64,000 nucleotides of DNA from positions 169,632,001-169,696,000 of the forward strand of contig OZ024742.1 of NCBI GenBank assembly GCA_964016885.1. The letters run 5' to 3'. The notes beneath the pieces are model-generated. The model was given only the letters and a program-made list of their open reading frames with translations. It did no database searches and was not told the DNA's origin. Every line of letters starts with the position of its first letter. Position 1 is the first letter of the stretch. This stretch comes from Eledone cirrhosa. Lineage: Eukaryota. A program made the position numbers and the translations under genes. This document shows positions 57,601-64,000 of this stretch, piece by piece.

Positions 57601-60600
57601 GTTGTTGTTACTACTACTCCTGTTGTTGTTACTACTGCTCCTGTTGTTGTTACTACTGCTCCAGTTGTTGTTACTACTGCTCCTGTTGTTGTTACTACTA
57701 CTCCTGTGGTTGTTGTTACTACTACTCCTGTTGTTGTTACTACTGCTCCTGTTGTTGTTGTTACTACTACTCCTGTTGTTGTTACTACTACTCCAGTTGT
57801 TGTTACTACTGCTCCTGTTGTTGTTACTACTACTCCAGTTGTTGTTACTACTACTCCTGTTGTTGTTACTACTGCTCCTGTTGTTGTTACTACTACTCCC
57901 GTTGTTGTTACTACTGCTCCTGTTGTTGTTACTACTGCTCCTGTTGTTGTTACTACTGCTCCTGTTGTTGTTACTACTACTCATGTTGTTACTACTACAC
58001 CTGTTGTTGTTACTACTACTCCTGTTGTTGTTACTACTACTCCAGTTGTTGTTACTACTACTCCTGTTGTTGTTACTACTACTCCAGTTGTTGTTACTAC
58101 TACTCCTGTTGTTGTTACTACTACACCAGTTGTTGTTAATACTACTCCTGTTGTTGTTACTACTACTCCAGTTGTTGTTACTACTACTCCTGTTGTTGTT
58201 ACTACTGCTCCAGTTGTTGTTACTACTGCTCCAGTTGTTGTTACTACTGCTCGAGTTGTTGTTACTACTACTCCTGCTGTTGTTACTACTACTCCTGTTG
58301 TTGTTACTACTACTCCTGTTGTTGTTGTTGTTGTTGTTACTACTACTCCAGTTGTTGTTACTACTACTCCTGTTGTTGTTACTACTACTCCTGTTGTTGT
58401 TACTACTGCTCCATTTGTTGTTACTACTGCTCCAGTTGTTGTTACTACTACTCCTGTTGTTGTTACTACTGCTCCTGTTGTTGTTGTTGTTGTTGTAGTT
58501 AATACTGCTCCTGTTGTTGTTACTACTGCTCCTGTTGTTGTTACTACTACTCCTGTTGTTGTTACTACTGCTCCTGTTGTTGTTGTTATTGTTACTACTA
58601 CTCCTGTTGTCGTTACTACTACTCCTGTTGTTGTTACTACTACTCCAGTTGTTGTTACTACTACTCCTGTTGTTGTTACTACTGCTCCAGTTGTTGTTAC
58701 TACTACTCCAGTTGTTGTTACTACTACTCCTGTTGTTGTTACTACTACTCCAGTTGTTGTTACTACTCATCCTGTTGTTGTTACTACTGCTACATTTGTT
58801 GTTACTACTACTCCTGTCGTTGTTACTACTGCTCCTGTTGTTGTTGTTGTTGTTGTTGTTACTACTGCTCCTGTTGTTGTTACTACTACTCCAGTTGTTG
58901 TTACTACTCATCCTGTTGTTGTTACTACTGCTCAAGTTGTTGTTACTACTACTCCTGTTGTTGTTACTACTGCTCCTGTTGTTGTTGTTGTTGTTGTTGT
59001 TACTACTGCTCCTGTTGTTGTTACTACTACTCCAGTTGTTGTTGTTGTTACTACTACTCCTGTTGTTGTTACTACTGCTCCAGTTGTTGTTACTACTACT
59101 CCTGTTGTTGTTTCTACTACTCCTGTTGTTACTACTGCTCCAGTTGTTGTTACTACTACTCCTGTTGTTGTTACTACTACTCCTGTTGTTTTTACTACTG
59201 CTCCTGTTGTTGTTGTTTTTACTACTGCTCCAGTTGTTGTTACTACTGCTCCTGTTGTTGTTACTACTACTCCTTTTGTTGTTACTACTGCTCCTGTTGT
59301 TGTTACTACTACTCCTGTTGTTGTTGTTACTACTACTCCTGTTGTTGTTACTACTGCTCCTGTTGTTGTTACTACTGCTCCAGTTGTTGTTACTACTGCT
59401 CCTGTTGTTGTTACTACTACTCATGTTGTTACTACTACACCTGTTGTTGTTACTACTACTCCTGTTGTTGTTACTACTACTCCAGTTGTTGTTACTACTA
59501 CTCCTGTTGTTGTTACTACTACTCCAGTTGTTGTTACTACTACTCCTGTTGTTGTTACTACTACACCAGTTGTTGTTAATACTACTCCTGTTGTTGTTAC
59601 TACTACTCCAGTTGTTGTTACTACTACTCCTGTTGTTGTTACTACTGCTCCAGTTGTTGTTACTACTGCTCCAGTTGTTGTTACTACTGCTCGAGTTGTT
59701 GTTACTACTACTCCTGCTGTTGTTACTACTACTCCTGTTGTTGTTACTACTACTCCTGTTGTTGTTGTTGTTGTTGTTACTACTACTCCAGTTGTTGTTA
59801 CTACTACTCCTGTTGTTGTTACTACTACTCCTGTTGTTGTTACTACTGCTCCATTTGTTGTTACTACTGCTCCAGTTGTTGTTACTACTACTCCTGTTGT
59901 TGTTACTACTGCTCCTGTTGTTGTTGTTGTTGTTGTAGTTAATACTGCTCCTGTTGTTGTTACTACTGCTCCTGTTGTTGTTACTACTACTCCTGTTGTT
60001 GTTACTACTGCTCCTGTTGTTGTTACTACTGCTCCAGTTGTTGTTACTACTGCTCCTGTTGTTGTTACTACTACTCCTGTGGTTGTTGTTACTACTACTC
60101 CTGTTGTTGTTACTACTGCTCCTGTTGTTGTTGTTACTACTACTCCTGTTGTTGTTACTACTACTCCAGTTGTTGTTACTACTGCTCCTGTTGTTGTTAC
60201 TACTACTCCAGTTGTTGTTACTACTACTCCTGTTGTTGTTACTACTGCTCCTGTTGTTGTTACTACTACTCCCGTTGTTGTTAATACTGCTCCTGTTGTT
60301 GTTACTACTGCTCCTGTTGTTGTTACTACTGCTCCTGTTGTTGTTACTACTACTCATGTTGTTACTACTACTCCTGTTGTTGTTACTACTGCTCCTGTTG
60401 TTGTTACTACTGCTCCAGTTGTTGTTACTACTGCTCCTGTTGTTGTTACTACTACTCCTGTGGTTGTTGTTACTACTACTCCTGTTGTTGTTACTACTGC
60501 TCCTGTTGTTGTTGTTACTACTTCTCCTGTTGTTGTTACTACTACTCCAGTTGTTGTTACTACTGCTCCTGTTGTTGTTACTACTACTCATGTTGTTACT

Positions 60601-63600
60601 ACTACACCTGTTGTTGTTACTACTGCTCCTGTTGTTGTTGTTGTTGTTACTACTACTCCTGTTGTTGTTACTACTACTCCAGTTGTTGTTACTACTGCTC
60701 CTGTTGTTGTTACTACTACTCCTTTTGTTGTTACTACTACTCCTGTTGTTGTTGTTACTACTACTCCTGTTGTTGTTACTACTGCTCCTGTTGTTGTTAC
60801 TACTGCTCCAGTTGTTGTTACTACTGCTCCTGTTGTTGTTACTACTACTCCTGTGGTTGTTGTTACTACTACTCCTGTTGTTGTTACTACTGCTCCTGTT
60901 GTTGTTGTTACTACTACTCCTGTTGTTGTTACTACTACTCCAGTTGTTGTTACTACTGCTCCTGTTGTTGTTACTACTACTCCAGTTATTGTTACTACTA
61001 CTCCTGTTGTTGTTACTACTGCTCCTGTTGTTGTTACTACTACTCCCGTTGTTGTTACTACTTCTCCTGTTGTTGTTACTACTGCTCCTGTTGTTGTTAC
61101 TACTGCTCCTGTTGTTGTTACTACTACTCATGTTGTTACTACTACACCTGTTGTTGTTACTACTACTCCTGTTGTTGTTACTATTACTCCTGTTGTTGTT
61201 GTTCTTACTACTGCTCCAGTTGTTGTTACTATTGCTCCTGTTGTTGTTACTACTACTCCTGTTGTTGTTACTACTACTCCAGTTGTTGTTACTACTGCTC
61301 CTGTTGTTGTTACTACTACTCCTGTTGTTGTTACTACTACTCCTGTTGTTGTTACTACTACTCCTGCTGTTGTTACTACTGCTCCTGTTGTTGTTACTAC
61401 TACTCCTGTTGTTGTTACTACTACTCCTGTTGTTGTTACTACTACTCCTGTTGTTACTACTACTCCTGTTGCTGTTGCTACTACTCCTGTTGTAGTTGTT
61501 GTTTTTACTACTACTCCAGTTGTTGTTACTACTACTCCTGTTGTTGTTACTACTACTCCTGTTGTTGTTACTACTACTCATGTTGTTGTTACTACTGCTC
61601 CAGTTGTTGTTACTACTGCTCCAGTTGTTGTTACTACTCCTCCAGTTGTTGTTACTACTACTCCAGTTGTTGTTACTTCTACTCCTGTTGTTGTTACTAC
61701 TGCTCCTGTTGTTGTTGTTGTTGTTACTACTCCTGTTGTTGTTGTTGTTACTACTACTCCTGTTGTTGTTACTACTACTCCAGTTGTTGTTGTTACTACT
61801 CCTGTTGTTGTTACTACTACTCCTGTTGTTGTTACTACTACTCCTGTTGTTGTTACTACTACTCCTGTCGTTGTTGTTGTTGTTACTAATGCTCCTGTTG
61901 TTGTTACGACTACTCCTGTTGTTGTTACTACTGCTCCTGTTGTTGTTACTACTCCTGTTGTTGTTACTACTACTCCAGTTCTTGTTAATACTGCTCCTGT
62001 TGTTGTTACTACTACTCCAGTTGTTGTTACTACTACTCCAGTTGTTGTTACTACTACTCCTGTTGTTGTTACTACTACTCCTGTTGTTGTTACTACTACT
62101 CCAGTTGTTGTTACTACTACTCCTGTTGTTGTTACTACTACTCCAGTTGTTGTTACTACTACTCCTGTTGTTGTTACTACTACACCAGTTGTTGTTAATA
62201 CTACTCCTGTTGTTGTTACTACTACTCCAGTTGTTGTTACTACTGCTCCAGTTGTTGTTACTACTGCTCCTGTTGTTGTTACTACTACTCCAGTTATTGT
62301 CACTACTGCTCCTGTTGTTGTTGTTGTTGTTGTTACTACTCCTGTTGTTGTTGTTGTTACTACTACTCCTGCTCTTGTTACTACTACTCCTGTTGTTGTT
62401 ACTACTACTCCTGTTGTTGTTACTACTACTCCAGTTGTTGTTACTACTGCTCCAGTTGTTGTTACTACTGCTCGAGTTGTTGTTACTACTACTCTTGTTG
62501 TTGTTACTACTACTCCTGTTGCTGTTACTACTACTCCTGTTGTTGTTACTACTACTCCTGTTGTTGTTACTACTGCTCCAGTTGTTGTTACTACTGCTCC
62601 AGTTGTTGTTACTACTGCTCGAGTTGTTGTTACTACTACTCCTGCTGTTGTTACTACTACTCCTGTTGTTGTTACTACTACTCCTGTTGTTGTTGTTGTT
62701 GTTGTTACTACTACTCCAGTTGTTGTTACTACTACTCCTGTTGTTGTTACTACTACTCCTGTTGTTGTTACTACTGCTCCATTTGTTGTTACTACTGCTC
62801 CAGTTGTTCTTACTACTACTCCTGTTGTTGTTACTACTGCTCCTGTTGTTGTTGTTGTTGTTGTAGTTAATACTGCTCCTGTTGTTGTTACTACTGCTCC
62901 TGTTGTTGTTACTACTACTCCTGTTGTTGTTACTACTGCTCCTGTTGTTGTTGTTATTGTTACTACTACTCCTGTTGTCGTTACTACTACTCCTGTTGTT
63001 GTTACTACTACTCCAGTTGTTGTTACTACTACTCCTGTTGTTGTTACTACTGCTCCAGCTGTTGTTACTACTACTCCAGTTGTTGTTACTACTACTCCTG
63101 TTGTTGTTACTACTACTCCAGTTGTCGTTACTACTCATCCTGTTGTTGTTACTACTGCTACATTTGTTGTTACTACTACTCCTGTCGTTGTTACTACTGC
63201 TCCTGTTGTTGTTGTTGTTGTTGTTGTTACTACTGCTCCTGTTGTTGTTACTACTACTCCAGTTGTTGTTACTACTCATCCTGTTGTTGTTACTACTGCT
63301 CCAGTTGTTGTTACTACTACTCCTGTTGTTGTTACTACTGCTCCTGTTGTTGTTGTTGTTGTTGTTGTTACTACTGCTCCTGTTGTTGTTACTACTACTC
63401 CAGTTGTTGTTGTTGTTACTACTACTCCTGTTGTTGTTACTACTGCTCCAGTTGTTGTTACTACTACTCCTGTTGTTGTTTCTACTACTCCTGTTGTTAC
63501 TACTGCTCCAGTTGTTGTTACTACTACTCCTGTTGTTGTTACTACTACTCCTGTTGTTTTTACTACTGCTCCTGTTGTTGTTGTTGTTTTTACTACTGCT

Positions 63601-63999
63601 CCAGTTGTTGTTACTACTGCTCCTGTTGTTGTTACTACTACTCCTTTTGTTGTTACTACTGCTCCTGTTGTTGTTACTACTACTCCTGTTGTTGTTGTTA
63701 CTACTACTCCTGTTGTTGTTACTACTGCTCCTGTTGTTGTTACTACTGCTCCAGTTGTTGTTACTACTGCTCCTGTTGTTGTTACTACTACTCCTGTGGT
63801 TGTTGTTACTACTACTCCTGTTGTTGTTACTACTGCTCCTGTTGTTGTTGTTACTACTACTCCTGTTGTTGTTACTACTACTCCAGTTGTTGTTACTACT
63901 GCTCCTGTTGTTGTTACTACTACTCCAGTTGTTGTTACTACTACTCCTGTTGTTGTTACTACTGCTCCTGTTGTTGTTACTACTACTCCCGTTGTTGTT
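2..63999 (+). CDS. Candidate giant Thr/Val/Pro-rich mucin- or adhesin-like repeat region (VVVTT[T/A]P)n, partial at both ends and interrupted by 8 frameshifts (may be a pseudogene or non-coding)
   Basis: The only register of six with no in-register stop. Nine in-phase segments: 2-4786, 4789-7506, 7509-10229, 10232-13438, 13443-19562, 19567-30906, 30909-43688, 43691-47521, 47524-63999. No start context, signal peptide or globular domain is present. Stop-freedom is partly automatic because the codons are NNT or CCA. Confidence 0.3.
1400..3400. repeat. Approximately 984-bp local tandem duplication
   Basis: Rare CTA triplet at 1874 and 2858; track ORF starts 1878 and 2862 with matching variant patterns. 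Boundaries approximate. Confidence 0.8.
2750..10420. repeat. Higher-order repeat, period 2720-2726 bp, about 3 copies, each carrying the same 1-nt deletion
   Basis: Identical shadow ORFs at 2862/5582/8308, 3960/6680/9406 and near-identical ones at 4410/7130/9856. GTTATACT lesion at 4787/7507/10230; AAT-GCT marker at 4840/7560/10283. Confidence 0.95.
10450..22070. repeat. Higher-order repeat, period about 5.8-6.2 kb, 2 diverged copies
   Basis: Paired markers: GAT-GTT-ACT-AGT 10523/16299; CAT-(GTT)4-ACC-AGT 11621/17811; GGT-TCT 12278/18402; 2-nt deletion 13439/19563; ACC-GCT-CCA-GCT 13809/19933. Confidence 0.92.
19567..30906 (+). CDS. In-phase (VVVTT[T/A]P)n segment, 3780 codons (core of track ORF 18715..32637)
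   Basis: Bounded by the 2-nt deletion at 19563-19566 and the 1-nt deletion at 30907-30908. The poly-Leu ends of the track ORF are out-of-register flanks. Confidence 0.28.
27520..29590. repeat. Approximately 1.02-kb tandem duplication
   Basis: The rare CCT-CTG-GTT variant occurs at 28288 and 29305 (1017 bp apart). CCA-GCT and CCT-ATT markers are paired in the same order. Confidence 0.88.
30900..37400. repeat. Higher-order repeat, about 3 copies, periods about 2.68 kb and 2.06 kb
   Basis: ACT-GAT-CCT marker at 31956/34638/36696; CAT-CCT..ACA-TTT marker at 31188/33870/35925; shadow ORF starts 33457/35512. Confidence 0.88.
30909..43688 (+). CDS. In-phase (VVVTT[T/A]P)n segment, 4260 codons (core of track ORF 31602..44276)
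   Basis: Bounded by lesions at 30907 and 43689. Contains the only two in-register ATG codons I found (37716, 39315), both internal variants of a GTT triplet. Confidence 0.28.
46680..59420. repeat. Near-perfect 5469-bp higher-order repeat, about 2.3 copies
   Basis: Shadow ORFs offset by exactly 5469 bp (47576/53045/58514, 49130/54599, 50615/56084, 49212/54681). Few differences seen, e.g. CCA vs CGA at 49255/54724 and the 1-nt deletion at 47522. Confidence 0.96.
47524..63999 (+). CDS. Longest uninterrupted (VVVTT[T/A]P)n segment, 5492 codons, running off the window end and missing from the ORF track
   Basis: Triplet phase (position mod 3 = 1) holds from the lesion at 47522 to the window end. 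The track's antisense ORF 47044..63279 confirms no phase change over most of it. Confidence 0.3.
57981..59990. repeat. Block of about 570 bp re-copied at a 1440-bp offset
   Basis: TCATGTTGTTACTACTACAC at 57981 and 59421; GTA-GTT-AAT marker and shadow ORF starts 58514/59954. Confidence 0.8.
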
Positions 64000-64000
64000 A

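Larger units (their letters stand above)
1..64000. repeat. 21-bp tandem satellite/megasatellite array, consensus GTTGTTGTTACTACT(A/G)CTCC(T/A), compound (GTT)n(ACT)3CCW
   Basis: Seen directly: the unit repeats head-to-tail in one orientation from base 1 to 64000 with no unique insert. Two common dimorphisms (ACT/GCT at triplet 6, CCT/CCA at triplet 7) and GTT runs of 2-10. The consensus unit has 10 T, 5 C, 3 A and 3 G. Confidence 0.99.

Noticed and set aside
18-62866. Dozens of poly-Leu ORFs on the + strand
   Set aside because: They are the shifted shadow of the repeat (TTG TTG TTA CTA CTA CTC CTG), mostly with TTG/CTG pseudo-starts and with stops set by sporadic variants; not plausible proteins.
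47044-63279. 5411-aa antisense (SSSNNN[R/W])n ORF and similar Ser/Asn ORFs
   Set aside because: Codon-for-codon reverse complement of the + register. It is open only where CTA/TCA variants happen to be absent, and the commonest variant (CCT/CCA) would be a radical Arg/Trp swap.
1-64000. CRISPR array
   Set aside because: Units are directly adjacent with no unique spacers, leader or cas genes.
1-64000. Telomerase-made telomeric repeat
   Set aside because: No match to a telomere motif I recognise, and kb-scale duplications of variant patterns indicate recombination or slippage rather than templated addition.
1-64000. Assigning a named gene or organism (specific mucin, adhesin, antifreeze glycoprotein)
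   Set aside because: Only compositional resemblance; there is no unique domain in the window and no search could be run.

Overview
The whole 64 kb window is one tandem array of a 21-bp unit, consensus GTTGTTGTT-ACTACT(A/G)CT-CC(T/A), with roughly 2,900-3,000 units and both ends open. I see no unique sequence, conventional gene, RNA gene, transposon or CRISPR array. One + strand register reads (VVVTT[T/A]P)n with no in-register stop codon across about 21,300 codons. It is broken by eight 1-2 nt deletions (4787, 7507, 10230, 13439, 19563, 30907, 43689, 47522), five of which are shared between duplicated blocks. Diagnostic variant units reveal nested higher-order duplications (about 0.98, 1.0, 1.44, 2.06-2.7, 2.72, 5.47 and 5.8-6.2 kb), a left and a right variant domain, and a long-range transplanted block. 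The unit is a hidden quasi-palindrome, so the two strands encode almost the same heptapeptide (VVVTTTP and VVVTTTG). The sequence alone cannot decide between a giant mucin/adhesin-like repeat exon (intact, decayed or mis-assembled) and a non-coding triplet-built satellite, and it does not identify the organism. The poly-Leu, Ser/Asn and Cys/Tyr ORFs in the track are shadow frames of the same repeat.
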